The notes beneath the pieces were generated by a model. The model was not told the DNA's origin. It saw only the letters and a program-made list of their open reading frames with translations, and did not search any database. DNA of 64,000 nt from an uncultured Methanomicrobiales archaeon (GTDB lineage: Archaea > Halobacteriota > Methanomicrobia > Methanomicrobiales > Methanospirillaceae): contig OY969100.1 in assembly GCA_963697895.1 (NCBI GenBank), forward strand, positions 2,027,726 through 2,091,725. Reading direction: 5' to 3'. The translations under genes and the position numbers were made by a program. This document shows, one piece after another, positions 1-10,363 of the stretch. How positions within the stretch are numbered: the stretch's first letter is position 1; every line of letters begins with the position of its first letter.

Positions 1-133
1 GAATGCCAAGGTTAGCCGCATCCACATCGCAATCCGCGAGCACAAGGCTCCTTGGAAGCAGGTTGGCGAGCGCTGCGGTGATCATCGTTTTTCCTGTACC
101 CCCTTTACCGCTGATCACCGCGAGCCGGATCAT
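1..133 (-). CDS. MinD/ParA-type P-loop ATPase, 5' part only (second paralog of a tandem pair; runs off window)
   Basis: Manual translation from ATG 133: MIRLAVISGKGGTGKTMITAALANLLPRSLVLADCDVDAANLGI, with deviant Walker A and DCDVD motif. The ATG overlaps the TGA of the upstream paralog. Confidence 0.85.
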   Translation of the reverse strand, partial: MIRLAVISGKGGTGKTMITAALANLLPRSLVLADCDVDAANLGI

Positions 134-981
134 CAGTGCACCCCCGTGAGAGCACAGCATCGGATGAAGAGAGCGAAAAAGCGCTCCTGCCATGCCGGCT
201 CGGCCCGGCAGATCAGGTCTCCATGGTTCTGGACCGCGGCGATCCCCCGATCGAACGGAATTGTCATAAGTACTTGCAATTCATGCTGTGCGCAGAACTC
301 GAGGGTTTTTTCGTCTCTGCCGTCACTCCTGTTGATCACCACCCCGGAAGGTATACCCATCCCGTCTGCCACCTCTGCGGCGAGACGGAGGTCGTGCAGG
401 CCGAAAGGGGTGGATTCTGTGACGAGGATGCAGGCATCACATCCGTCCATTGTCTCGATCACGGCGCAGGCAGTGCCGGGTGCCGCATCATAGATGACCA
501 GATCATCATCTTTTGCCCTCTCCTTTGCCGCCCGGATTACGGGGGTTGCCTGGGGCTTCCCCTCGTCAAGGATCCCCGTGATGAGTTTCAGCCGGGGTGC
601 GGGGGTGGCGACCGTGATCTGACCGATCCGTGCCGGGTCCTCCCGGATGGCGCCCTTCGGGCAGGCCAGCGTACACCCTCCGCACGAGTGACACAGGTCG
701 GGGAAGAAGAGAATCCGGTCTCGGAGCACGGTGATCGCCCCGAACTGGCAAGACTCGGCACACGTACCGCAATGGTCGCAGACACTCTCTTCAAAGGACG
801 GGATCGGCACAGTCACATTAGTAACCGTGGCAGGTGCAGGAAAGAAGAGATGGAGATTGGGCTCTTCTACATCACAGTCCACGAGAGTCACCTCACGGGT
901 CAGGGATACCGAATAGGCGAGGTTTGCTGCCACAAGGGTCTTACCGGTACCCCCCTTCCCGCTTGCTATCGCTACCTTCAT
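133..981 (-). CDS. MinD-family P-loop ATPase with inserted 2x[4Fe-4S] ferredoxin domain
   Basis: SGKGGTGKT, DCDVEEPN, CDHCGTCAESC and CHSCGGCTLACP. Start placed at MKVAIASG. Confidence 0.88.
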   Translation of the reverse strand: MKVAIASGKGGTGKTLVAANLAYSVSLTREVTLVDCDVEEPNLHLFFPAPATVTNVTVPIPSFEESVCDHCGTCAESCQFGAITVLRDRILFFPDLCHSCGGCTLACPKGAIREDPARIGQITVATPAPRLKLITGILDEGKPQATPVIRAAKERAKDDDLVIYDAAPGTACAVIETMDGCDACILVTESTPFGLHDLRLAAEVADGMGIPSGVVINRSDGRDEKTLEFCAQHELQVLMTIPFDRGIAAVQNHGDLICRAEPAWQERFFALFIRCCALTGVH

Positions 982-1038
982 GCGCTGTCCATCTCCGGGA
1001 CATTGGGCCATTGGACTGCTTGAATGCTATTCTTACCC

Positions 1039-1374
1039 CTACCCCGTACGCTTTAGGGTATTTTCCTTAAACTGCCCGTATGCGTCCCGGACGGTCCCAT
1101 TGCCGCGGTATGCGTACATTGCAATGCCCGCCGCGACGAGAACCTCGTGGGCGTTTCCGCCTACCTGACCGCTGACAAGCGCTTTTACCCCGCGATCGAT
1201 GAGTAGCTGGGCGGCTTTCGGACCCACGCCTCCGGCACCGGCTGCGAACTGGTTCTCATGCGCCTCGATAGTATTGCTATCGGTATCGATAAGAATAAAG
1301 TACGGAGCGCGTCCGAATCGCTCTTCTGCCGGGGCATCCAGTGTCGGTCCCTGAGCAGTAATACAAATTTTCAT
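1039..1374 (-). CDS. NifB/NifX-family (FeMo-co-binding-like) small protein
   Basis: RFGRAPYFIL and GGVGPKAAQ motifs. Typical partner of the MinD-ferredoxin pair. Confidence 0.85.
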   Translation of the reverse strand: MKICITAQGPTLDAPAEERFGRAPYFILIDTDSNTIEAHENQFAAGAGGVGPKAAQLLIDRGVKALVSGQVGGNAHEVLVAAGIAMYAYRGNGTVRDAYGQFKENTLKRTG

Positions 1375-1575
1375 TTGATAGTTCTCCCAATATTACTCAT
1401 ATGTGCAAAATAGATAAACATGCTGATGATATTAACCGTACTGAAGTCCTATCATCATATGAACGAAAAAGAGCAGAATGAAAGATAAAACCTCCAGGAA
1501 ACACACCCCCGGGTAGTTTATCGGATATGACGATCGGAGAATCCATCAGGTCACGGTAAGAAACAACAGGTGCGT

Positions 1576-2433
1576 ATGACATCGGAGCTTACGATTACAA
1601 TACTGGTCGACAATAATACCCTCATCGACCGGTATTTTTTCGGGGAACCCGGCCTCTCGCTGCTTGTCGAAGTGGACGGGAATCGAATCCTCTTTGATAC
1701 CGGTTATTCGGATATATTCATCAGCAATGCCGGAAGGATGGGAATCGACCTCCTGACCCTCGATTATGTGGTCTTTTCCCACGGTCATCTGGACCATACC
1801 GGAGGGTTCCCGCACCTTCTCCGTCACCTTACGGAAGCGTCGATCGAGGGGGTATCGCATCCGCTGCCTGAACTCATCACCCATCCCTATGCTTTGTACC
1901 CCCGGCCGAAACCTCCGCTCCCGAATATTGGCTCCCTCGTAAGCAAAGAGGAAGTGGCACGCCACCTCCCCGTCAGGACAAGCCGGAAACCGGTTTGGCT
2001 CACCGAGAATCTGGTCTTCCTCGGGGAGATCCCCCGGAGATTCCCGTTCGAGGAGCAGGACCCTGGGACGCGAAAGATCGTGATGCCGAACGGCAATATG
2101 GAGCCGGATCTACTCATTGACGACTCTGCACTTGCATATCGCTCGGAAAAGGGTCTGGTTATTATTACGGGTTGTTCCCATGCCGGGATAGTAAACATCG
2201 TCACCCATGCACGTCAGGTCTGCGATGAAAAACGGGTGGTGGATATCATCGGCGGTCTGCATCTGCAGAATGCGCCGCAGGAAAAGATCGAGGGAACCTG
2301 TGCCGGTCTGTCCGGCTTGGGTCTCCATGCCCTCCACTGCTGTCACTGCACCTCACTTCCTGCAACGATCGCTCTTGCCGGGTGTTGCCCGGTCCGGGAA
2401 ACGGGTGTGGGGCTTTCAATCACCTACCTATAA
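1576..2433 (+). CDS. MBL-fold metallohydrolase (COG1237, dihydropteroate-synthase-like family)
   Basis: LFDTG, SHGHLDHTGG, ITGCSHAG, IGGLHL and CHCT motifs. Confidence 0.85.
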   Translation: MTSELTITILVDNNTLIDRYFFGEPGLSLLVEVDGNRILFDTGYSDIFISNAGRMGIDLLTLDYVVFSHGHLDHTGGFPHLLRHLTEASIEGVSHPLPELITHPYALYPRPKPPLPNIGSLVSKEEVARHLPVRTSRKPVWLTENLVFLGEIPRRFPFEEQDPGTRKIVMPNGNMEPDLLIDDSALAYRSEKGLVIITGCSHAGIVNIVTHARQVCDEKRVVDIIGGLHLQNAPQEKIEGTCAGLSGLGLHALHCCHCTSLPATIALAGCCPVRETGVGLSITYL

Positions 2434-2454
2434 GTATCGAGGCCGGGGATTTTC

Positions 2455-2463
2455 AAAAAAAAA
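2455..2463 (-). terminator. Oligo-U terminator of the mcr operon
   Basis: T9 run on the minus strand about 10 nt after the mcrA stop. Confidence 0.6.
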
Positions 2464-2473
2464 GGTATTGATC

Positions 2474-4174
2474 TTACCGGGCCGGTATGATCAGGGAACG
2501 CTCTCCGGCGGGCATGAACTCGCGGATGGCACCCTTTGCGAACTCGCGGCGTGGCTCGGAGAAGTCGAACTTCAGGGACGGGTCTGCGAAGCAGATCTTG
2601 ATCAGGGGGGACAGTGCCCATGCGTCGCCGCGGCCGATATGGGCTGCGCCGGCGATTGCGGCATATTCTCCCTGGTGACCCACGTTCATCGCGTAGTTCG
2701 GGTAGTTCGGTCCACGGAGCTCGCCGACCGCACCCTCGTCGGGTCGGACAGAGAGCGAGTTCGTCGAACCGCACTGGTCCTGCAGGTCGTAGCCGAAGAA
2801 GCCGAGACGTGACCATCCTTCCTTGTGCAGGAGCATGGACATGTACCAGCCGTTCAGGCCGGCATTCGAGTTGCCGGTTGCGATTGAAACCGACAGACCT
2901 GATGCTGCGGCCAGGACAGATGCACGCTGGGAACCGCCGAAGTGGTCCTCGAGGGCGGTCGGGAAGCCTTCATATTGCTCCATACCGTACATCGTTACCT
3001 CACTGGCAATATCGTTGACATTCTCCTGGGTCGGCTTGAGCCGGTCTTTCTCAGACGGCATCGCAGCATTGACCTTGTACTTGTCCTTGATGTAGTCCAT
3101 ACCGTAGTAGGTGTAGTCGTCAAGGATGTTGTCCGTGTATGCTGCGGTTGCATACTGGGTGAATCCGACACCACCGGACATGTAGGACCCGAGCCAGATC
3201 TGGTCGAAGAGCATGGTTCCTGCTGCGACGATCTCGAGGGACGCACGTGCCGGGTCGTTCGGGTACTTCCGGTCGGTCTGGATCATGTCGGCGAAGTTGC
3301 CGAACTTGATGCCACCGGGTTCGTTCGGTCCACGGGCACGGCGGGCGGGCAGGATGTCTGCCATCTGGATAACACCGGCGTGCTTTGCGGCGAATGCGAG
3401 GTCCGCGACTGCGGCCTCACCGGCACACATCCGGTACGCACCGATGAAGGACATACCGAGCTGCATGGCGGACCACCTGCTGGTCGTACCGCCATCACAG
3501 GTACGGGAGACGATCGTCGGGATGTGGATCGCCTGCCACAGGGACTTGCCGATCGCTGCCTTTAACTGGGCAGCCTGTTTCGCCGGGAAGAGCTTGTCGA
3601 GCTTGATGACGAACTGGGGCTCGAGTGAGTCGGCCATCTCGTCATCGCCGGTGAATACCTTACAGTAACAGTCCTCGACGAGGGAGGGGTGGGTCTCGAC
3701 CATGTGTTCCTGGACGACGGCCGCACCGGGCATCGCGTGGTTCAGCACGTGGAGGTATTCGTTGATCGTCTCCGGGGTGACTTCCTTGGAGAGACGCTTC
3801 TGCAGGGTCTGGTGAGCGAGGTCCATGTTGACGATGATCGTCCGCCGGATATCGTCCCACATCTGCTGCATTGCGGCGTTGTTGACGAAGTGGAGGTCGT
3901 CACCCTCGACGAATACGCCGGTGGTGCTGACCTCATAGGGTGTCAGCTTGCGCTGCCCGAGCGGGATACCACCAAGGTGGCAGCGCACGGGGTCGTACAT
4001 GCTGATGCCGCGGGCCATCGCCTCTTTCTGCCCTTCTGCGACGAACTCCATCTTGCGGGCGGACTGCTTGAGCCCCTCTCGCGCATAGAACGTGGAGGTG
4101 GACGCCGGGTCTTCGGCGAATTTCTCTTTCAGCGCCTTCAGGAAGAGCTTCTGGGATCTCTCAATTTTTGCCAT
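2474..4174 (-). CDS. mcrA: Methyl-coenzyme M reductase alpha subunit
   Basis: [51 protein letters not shown] and NYAMNVGHQ. Confidence 0.99.
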   Translation of the reverse strand: MAKIERSQKLFLKALKEKFAEDPASTSTFYAREGLKQSARKMEFVAEGQKEAMARGISMYDPVRCHLGGIPLGQRKLTPYEVSTTGVFVEGDDLHFVNNAAMQQMWDDIRRTIIVNMDLAHQTLQKRLSKEVTPETINEYLHVLNHAMPGAAVVQEHMVETHPSLVEDCYCKVFTGDDEMADSLEPQFVIKLDKLFPAKQAAQLKAAIGKSLWQAIHIPTIVSRTCDGGTTSRWSAMQLGMSFIGAYRMCAGEAAVADLAFAAKHAGVIQMADILPARRARGPNEPGGIKFGNFADMIQTDRKYPNDPARASLEIVAAGTMLFDQIWLGSYMSGGVGFTQYATAAYTDNILDDYTYYGMDYIKDKYKVNAAMPSEKDRLKPTQENVNDIASEVTMYGMEQYEGFPTALEDHFGGSQRASVLAAASGLSVSIATGNSNAGLNGWYMSMLLHKEGWSRLGFFGYDLQDQCGSTNSLSVRPDEGAVGELRGPNYPNYAMNVGHQGEYAAIAGAAHIGRGDAWALSPLIKICFADPSLKFDFSEPRREFAKGAIREFMPAGERSLIIPAR

Positions 4175-4179
4175 CGTAA

Positions 4180-4944
4180 TCACTCCGTCGGCATAAAGCC
4201 GTATTTGGTCCTCAGCGAGTGGATACGCTGAATATACTCAACGTACTCCTTGTCGTCACGGAATGCGACACCGCCGTTCGAGTTGAAGATGGTGGTGTGC
4301 GCCTTGAGCCACTTCGCGTCAGCGGGCTTGCCAACCTTGACCTCCTTGTCGAGGGGCTCACCGATCTGGTTCTTGACGTACTTCACAATGCCGGATTTCT
4401 TGTCGAGGAGGCAGCGCTGGAGCATATCAAACATCATCCCGTCTTCACCGAGACGGAGCGAGTGCCCGTGCACCGTCGCACCGCGGACACCGGTAAGTGC
4501 CGGGTCAAAGATCTCGGTGTTGACGAGTTCCTTCGCGTACTTCTCGAGGTCACGTTCGCGGCACTCGACGATCTGACGTCCTGACAGGGTTCCCGGGTCG
4601 ACACCGCGGAACCGGTATGCCTCAAGGTAACTCCGCTCGTACGGGTGGCAGGGTGCAAACCACATCGAATCCGTAAACTGGATGTACCGGATACGGTCGC
4701 CGGCCTTCGCGCCGTCGGTCGGGGTCACCATCTTCCGGATCGGGCATGCCGGCTCCTGCTGCTCTGCAAGGGGCGGGTGGGCGGTCGGATATGCTGAACC
4801 CGGGGCACGGTGTCCCATGATCAATACAATATCCTCATCCGACACATCACGTATCTTCTCAAGCTTATGGGCTGGGTCCATGTACTTCCGCCTGTTCTCG
4901 GCGACTGTGGATGAACCGGGTCCATACTGTGCTTTGTAAGCCAT
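4180..4944 (-). CDS. mcrG: Methyl-coenzyme M reductase gamma subunit
   Basis: [15 protein letters not shown] and [12 protein letters not shown]. Confidence 0.99.
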   Translation of the reverse strand: MAYKAQYGPGSSTVAENRRKYMDPAHKLEKIRDVSDEDIVLIMGHRAPGSAYPTAHPPLAEQQEPACPIRKMVTPTDGAKAGDRIRYIQFTDSMWFAPCHPYERSYLEAYRFRGVDPGTLSGRQIVECRERDLEKYAKELVNTEIFDPALTGVRGATVHGHSLRLGEDGMMFDMLQRCLLDKKSGIVKYVKNQIGEPLDKEVKVGKPADAKWLKAHTTIFNSNGGVAFRDDKEYVEYIQRIHSLRTKYGFMPTE

Positions 4945-4951
4945 TATTTCA

Positions 4952-5587
4952 TCACTTCCTATTTTGGGATGTTTTCATCAGTCTCAACACTGCGTGAATG
5001 ACTTCTGCCATTTTCTCCCGAGTGGGCGTCTGCCCCCGCGTCACACCACTAACGATCGCCATGACCGTCCCTTTTGTCCGGATTTTATCCGGCGGGGGCA
5101 TGACGAGCGCGGTCCTGACACCTACTTTTGCAAAGTCCTCGAAATCAACCGGAGCCTGGGAAACGACAACCGCCTGCACCTCGCAGGCCGAAAGGATATA
5201 CCGTACCTTGTGCACCACGTGAGAACGGACGTTTCCATGGTGTAGGATTGCAATCCGATGCTTCTCGATCTGCCTGACTTCCTTCTCGGTCAGGCCAAAG
5301 CCTGCACCGAGCACCGCTCCTCCGATGTTTGGCGCATCCGGTGGCACCCCGCTCCCTGCATTGAGAACGATGGTGCTGATGCTGTATTCTATTCCCTGTT
5401 GCCGTAATGCCGAGGTGATATCACAGACCGGTTTGGTCACGTGCCGGCGGCCGGGGGACATCCCCACTACAATGACATCCGGATACCGGGTCTCCGATAT
5501 CGTGCCACGCTGGGCGATCCCTCCGCCTTTTCCGGTACCCATCGCCTCACGGCAATCGACTACCTGGGTGACTCTTCCCATCGGCAT
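4952..5587 (-). CDS. mcrC: MCR operon protein C
   Basis: VVDCRE..G.GKGGGIAQRGT and GRRHVTKPVCDIT; expected position in the operon. Confidence 0.97.
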   Translation of the reverse strand: MPMGRVTQVVDCREAMGTGKGGGIAQRGTISETRYPDVIVVGMSPGRRHVTKPVCDITSALRQQGIEYSISTIVLNAGSGVPPDAPNIGGAVLGAGFGLTEKEVRQIEKHRIAILHHGNVRSHVVHKVRYILSACEVQAVVVSQAPVDFEDFAKVGVRTALVMPPPDKIRTKGTVMAIVSGVTRGQTPTREKMAEVIHAVLRLMKTSQNRK

Positions 5588-5589
5588 GG

Positions 5590-6060
5590 TTATTTCGTTC
5601 CCTGAAGAATGATCGGACCGCTCCGACTCTTTGGATCGGCCATTCCAATAATAGCCTTGTCGGCATCGGGTCCGTACTTTGCATAATCTGTCAATGATGC
5701 CTCGGTCTTCATGAACCGTCCTTCCGTCATCTGATAAGTCAGGTCAGAAAGGATCAGGTCGCATGCGACTTTTATCGCGGGTATAACATCCTTACTTTCG
5801 AGTTCAAGTATGATCGTGCCAACATGGACCTCCAGTTCTATCTCCTGATCACCCACATGAATCTCTTTCCTCATCTCGTGAGGATTCGGGGTACCATGGG
5901 CCGGTCCATAGGGGACGGCAGGGGGGAGGCTTGGTCCGTTCAGGACCATCCTCCTCACCCCTTCTGTGGTAACGATCAGGTTCAGGAGCCGTTCAACCCG
6001 CTCCGGGTTGATAAGCCGCATGGGAACGATTCGTACCTGAGGATATATGGCGTCTGTCAT
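5590..6060 (-). CDS. mcrD: MCR operon protein D
   Basis: GPSLP..VPYGPAHG and DYAKYGP. Start at MTDAIYPQ (ATG 6060). Confidence 0.96.
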   Translation of the reverse strand: MTDAIYPQVRIVPMRLINPERVERLLNLIVTTEGVRRMVLNGPSLPPAVPYGPAHGTPNPHEMRKEIHVGDQEIELEVHVGTIILELESKDVIPAIKVACDLILSDLTYQMTEGRFMKTEASLTDYAKYGPDADKAIIGMADPKSRSGPIILQGTK

Positions 6061-6076
6061 TCGTATCCTGAGAGAT

Positions 6077-7384
6077 TTACGCGGATTTTGCGATGGTCTG
6101 CATCGGCTTCTTGAATTCTTCAAGCTGGCCGAATGTGTCCTGGTAGATCTTCGAGGTCGCCTCTGGTCCGAACATCTGGGTTCCTGCATCGAGCGCACAG
6201 GCGGCAACGATACAGGGGATACCTACACCGGCCGCATGACGGGTCACGACGTGGTTACCGTTGAAGACTCCGGGACCGCCGCCACCATAGATCGAGTGGC
6301 TGAAGAACGAGAACCCAACCGCGACACCCATGACTCGCCCGAAGTCACAGCCGGGGAGACCGGTCTCGTGCTCGAGGAGATCGTTGAAGTACAGGAGGGT
6401 CGCAGATACTGCCTGCGCAAACCGCCCGGCACCACAGTTCACCATGGTTGCCGCAAGCGTTCCCGCTGCCGCATAGGCGTTCCAGAGCATCGGGTCCTTG
6501 GTATCGTAGAAGATATACCCGGACTTGCCCTTCTTGCCTGCCTTGATGACTTTGTCCTCAATGGCACGCTCGACAAGACTCTGGACGACGGTTCCGATGG
6601 TTCCGGTCTTCCCGTTCTTCTTGACGAGGTCGTAGACGATGTTGTTCGCGTTCAGGCCCTGGTATGCATAGAGAAGCAACTGTGCACGCTCGAATGGCCC
6701 GATTGCCATACCCATCTCGAACTCTCCCGCATGTTCGAAGGTGGACGAGAGTGCCGATGCCTGGATGGCATTCCGGTGGGTCATCATCGCCGCATGGTTA
6801 GCGGGGATGTTCCTGAGCGCATAACCGAGACCTTCGTTGTTCTGGGGGATGGAAAGGATCGAGACGATGTTTCCGCCCTGCATGTCCATCGTCTGCGGGT
6901 ATGCACCCCAGACGCAGGACTTGACAAACGCCCCGTCGAACATGCCGACCTTGTACTGCTCGATTATAGCATAGGTCGTAGCCGCTGCAACCGCAGTCGA
7001 TGCCGCATCATAGGTTGCGGCTGCCTCGAGGCGGGAGCTGGGGACTTCGACGAGGAGCATCTTGCCGCCGCCGACCTTCGTGATCTTGGTGTTGTCCCCG
7101 TCGGTGACCGAGACCATCTTCTTGATCTTGTCGGAGAGGGCATCCACGTCCTTTACGACGTCTGCCTTGATGCTCCGGCCAAGGATCTGTTGGTCCTTCC
7201 CGATCTTACCGGTCTTTAACGCATTGTCGATACCGGCGACGTTGATGGCTACCGTCCTCTTGGTGAGGTCGATGATCTTCTTTGCACCCGGGTTGATCAG
7301 GGGGCTGATCTTTTCGAGGGTTACACCACTCTTTAACAGTTTTCCCTCGTCATCGTAGAGGTCTACTGTCTCTTTATATTTCAT
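6077..7384 (-). CDS. mcrB: Methyl-coenzyme M reductase beta subunit
   Basis: NEGLGYALRNI and SFFSHSIYGGGGPGVFNGNHVVTRH. SD GGAGG precedes ATG 7384. Confidence 0.99.
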   Translation of the reverse strand: MKYKETVDLYDDEGKLLKSGVTLEKISPLINPGAKKIIDLTKRTVAINVAGIDNALKTGKIGKDQQILGRSIKADVVKDVDALSDKIKKMVSVTDGDNTKITKVGGGKMLLVEVPSSRLEAAATYDAASTAVAAATTYAIIEQYKVGMFDGAFVKSCVWGAYPQTMDMQGGNIVSILSIPQNNEGLGYALRNIPANHAAMMTHRNAIQASALSSTFEHAGEFEMGMAIGPFERAQLLLYAYQGLNANNIVYDLVKKNGKTGTIGTVVQSLVERAIEDKVIKAGKKGKSGYIFYDTKDPMLWNAYAAAGTLAATMVNCGAGRFAQAVSATLLYFNDLLEHETGLPGCDFGRVMGVAVGFSFFSHSIYGGGGPGVFNGNHVVTRHAAGVGIPCIVAACALDAGTQMFGPEATSKIYQDTFGQLEEFKKPMQTIAKSA

Positions 7385-7540
7385 AAATTTTCCTCCAAAT
7401 AGTCTATTTCGCCACAATATACGTTACGTTTACTGAACACTGAGTGTGCTGGAATTGAACGCTGACAGGAGATGTCGGTGACTATGCACGTCCCCTCACG
7501 GGACATCAGATAATACTATATGTCGTGATATAAGTATTCC
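7385..7540 (-). promoter_or_regulatory. mcr promoter (BRE/TATA) and ~120-nt 5' leader
   Basis: Minus strand GGAATACTTATAT (TATA at 7528-7534), 7-bp hairpin at 7488-7506, and an AT-rich upstream block. Confidence 0.5.
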
Positions 7541-7835
7541 GATCTGCATTCAAATAATATTTTATATAATAGTATTAAAATATTTATGAAAATTAGGGGA
7601 ATATTCAAATATTAGATATATTTTTGGTTTCAAGTGTTTGGGGAGTATTACGATTTTTAAAAAATATGTGATATTATGTTATTGATATCGACAATTTTTC
7701 AGAAAATCCGTTGCGCTTCCCGCTTGGTGGGGAACACATTTTTCACCGATTTTTGAAGGAGATCGGGTAAGGATACAATGACATGTTCTTCAGCTGAATC
7801 AGTACCCACCCGGAGATGCCGCTCAAAAAAAAATA

Positions 7836-8636
7836 TCAGATCTTCTGATATAACTTTCCATATACCGTCTGTCCTTTTCTCTTGCGGTGACGTTCCCCGA
7901 GGTCTCCTTCGTAGAATGCAAATTTGGCCTTTTCGCCCTCGCACTCGAGGTCGACGTCTTCCACGTACCGGAATCCCGGCATCATCACGTCGATCGTGCC
8001 GAAGACGCAGATCTCACCCTCGACCATCTGGCCGCCGACCCGGCTCTTTGCGTTTCCCTTGATGACGATCTTTCCGCCTTCTGCATGAGTCCCGACATGG
8101 ACATCAGCATTCCCGTCGATGACGATCTCGCCACCATTCATGAATGTGCCGATGTCGCTCCCGGCATTACCCTTCACATGGATTTTTCCGCCCTGCATTC
8201 CGCGCCAGTCACCCCGGTACGCCGCCCCGAGGTAATTGCCTGCATCTCCATCGACGACAAGCTCTCCGCCCTTCATGGCGATACCTGAAAAGGCATCGAC
8301 ATTTCCTTTCACATGGATTTTTCCGCCCTGCATCCAGCCGCCGACATACATATCCGCACTGCCTTCGATCTCGATCTCTCCGGCGCTCATCTTCGTTCCG
8401 ATGTATTTTAACCGCGAGAGATCTCCTTTGAGAACGATTTTTGTGTCAGCCGGAGTCGCCCCGGGTGCACCCGAAATGTCGAAATACTCGCCGAGTGTCG
8501 AAGAGGTCCTGCCCTCATAGACCGGGAGGCTTGCGATCTCTGTCACCTTTTTACCGGCAAATGCATCGGGGGTGATGCTGTCCACCTCCAGGTAGAGGCC
8601 GGGCTGGGTTTTCATTGTGAGTGTTACCGTTTCCAT
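7836..8636 (-). CDS. fwdC: Formylmethanofuran dehydrogenase subunit C
   Basis: Gly-rich beta-helix repeats (M.GG.I.V.G) and YRGDWRGM. Confidence 0.96.
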   Translation of the reverse strand: METVTLTMKTQPGLYLEVDSITPDAFAGKKVTEIASLPVYEGRTSSTLGEYFDISGAPGATPADTKIVLKGDLSRLKYIGTKMSAGEIEIEGSADMYVGGWMQGGKIHVKGNVDAFSGIAMKGGELVVDGDAGNYLGAAYRGDWRGMQGGKIHVKGNAGSDIGTFMNGGEIVIDGNADVHVGTHAEGGKIVIKGNAKSRVGGQMVEGEICVFGTIDVMMPGFRYVEDVDLECEGEKAKFAFYEGDLGERHRKRKGQTVYGKLYQKI

Positions 8637-8648
8637 CTCCTCATCCCC

Positions 8649-10361
8649 TCAGTGGGTTGCATCCACCTCGATGATTCTCGGGTTCGGTGCATAGTGGCTC
8701 TGGACTTCGTAGTTGCCCTGGTTCACGCTGTAGAATTTCAGGAACTTATCCTGGACATCCCGGACGACCTGCGGGTTGTCATTGACGGTTGGATTGACCC
8801 ATATCGTCCGCTTGTTTCCGTTGCTGACAATCTCCCCGTCCTTAACGACAGGTACACCCGTCTTAAAGACATAAGCCGCAGCGCTGAATGCCTTCTCGAT
8901 GGCATCCGGTGTAAATGGCTTCTCCGGGTTCAGGTCATAGAGCACGACGTCCGCATCCATCCCTGGCATCAGTCCGCCATAGATACTTCCGAGACCGAGC
9001 GACTTCGCAGGTCCTGCACGGGTCATCTGGGCGATCTCGTACAGACCGAGCTCACGGTCGATTCCGGCGATATTGCTTCCTGAAACGACCTTGTCGCTGT
9101 ACTTGAAGGCATCGATCTGGGCCTTCCGGGCTTTCTCGCTCATGAGCCACTTGATAACCCGCGGGTACCGGATGAACGGCCCGGCATTCGGGTGGTCGGT
9201 GGTGATAAACGTCCGCATCGGGTCTTTGGTGAGCAGCCCCAGCTCAAGCCCGATCGCCCACTGTATCCCGCACACCTTTATGTCCGGGCTGTACACGTAG
9301 GGTACGATCCCGGCAGCGGTCTCGAGCTCGACATCCACGTTTGCCCATTTCAGGTGGTTCAGCTCGGTAAGGTGATGTTCGAACGGTCCGTCGGCGGTCA
9401 TTGTCGTCGTCTCGTCGAGTGTCACGCAGCCGAGGTCGATCGTGAGATTTTTATTCTTATTGACGTAATCTATGACCTCTGGTGCCTTCGACTCGAAATT
9501 TCCCCAGTTATCCCCACCGTAGGAGTGGAACTGGAGATGCGTGGAATGAAGGACCTGTTCACGTCCAAACTTGTTCTTCGGCTTTATTCCTTCGGCAAGC
9601 TTCAGGGTATCCAGGGTCACCTTGTAGTTGCCCGGGTCGCCCAGGCTGTTCTGGTGAACATGGACCGAATGGGGCAGACCGAGATACTCATTCGTCTCGA
9701 TCAGTCCTTTGACGATCTGGGCAGGGGTAATATCGAAGTAAGGGACAGGATCGTCGATTGTGAGACAGTTGAGCCCCCAGCCCCACGCCTCCGTTCCACC
9801 GGGGTTCACGACCTTAATCGCGAATCCCTTGGTCACTTTCAGCAGCCATGCGGCATAGGCGGCCATGTTCTCGATCTCGTCGTTCTTGAGATACTCGAGA
9901 ACGAACCAGTTATTGCCAAAGACCGGGAATGCACCCTCGTCGATGATAGGGGTATCCTTGATCTCTTCATGGACATGCCGTGCGTACAGCGGCGGCATCG
10001 CTGCTTCCATCGCGACGGTGTAACCCATCCGGGCATAATCATACCCGGTCTTGAATGTGGTTGGAATGGAGAATCCGCCGGCCATCCTGGTGGTCCCGGT
10101 CCCTTTCCGGTATGCCACCTGGAGTTTATCTTCGGGCCGGTAGTTTCTTCCTTCGTTGACTTTCGGACCCGCAATATGGGCATGGATCTCCACCGCACCA
10201 GCCATGACCGTCTTTCCTGCTGCATCGATCGTCTTTGCCTTGCCGGAAAGAGCGGAACTCTCTACGATTTTGCCATCCTTTATGGCGATATCTTTCTTGT
10301 CACCCTTGATCCCTTGGACCGGATCAAAGACAAACCCGTTCTTGACGAGGTATTCCGACAT
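8649..10361 (-). CDS. fwdA: Formylmethanofuran dehydrogenase subunit A
   Basis: EIHAHIAG, KVVNPGG, HLQFHSYG and TTDHPNAGPF amidohydrolase motifs. Confidence 0.98.
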   Translation of the reverse strand: MSEYLVKNGFVFDPVQGIKGDKKDIAIKDGKIVESSALSGKAKTIDAAGKTVMAGAVEIHAHIAGPKVNEGRNYRPEDKLQVAYRKGTGTTRMAGGFSIPTTFKTGYDYARMGYTVAMEAAMPPLYARHVHEEIKDTPIIDEGAFPVFGNNWFVLEYLKNDEIENMAAYAAWLLKVTKGFAIKVVNPGGTEAWGWGLNCLTIDDPVPYFDITPAQIVKGLIETNEYLGLPHSVHVHQNSLGDPGNYKVTLDTLKLAEGIKPKNKFGREQVLHSTHLQFHSYGGDNWGNFESKAPEVIDYVNKNKNLTIDLGCVTLDETTTMTADGPFEHHLTELNHLKWANVDVELETAAGIVPYVYSPDIKVCGIQWAIGLELGLLTKDPMRTFITTDHPNAGPFIRYPRVIKWLMSEKARKAQIDAFKYSDKVVSGSNIAGIDRELGLYEIAQMTRAGPAKSLGLGSIYGGLMPGMDADVVLYDLNPEKPFTPDAIEKAFSAAAYVFKTGVPVVKDGEIVSNGNKRTIWVNPTVNDNPQVVRDVQDKFLKFYSVNQGNYEVQSHYAPNPRIIEVDATH

Positions 10362-10363
10362 CC

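Noticed and set aside
2474-4174. Divergent (alkyl-CoM-type) MCR
   Set aside because: Active-site and modified-residue motifs are canonical for methane-forming MCR.
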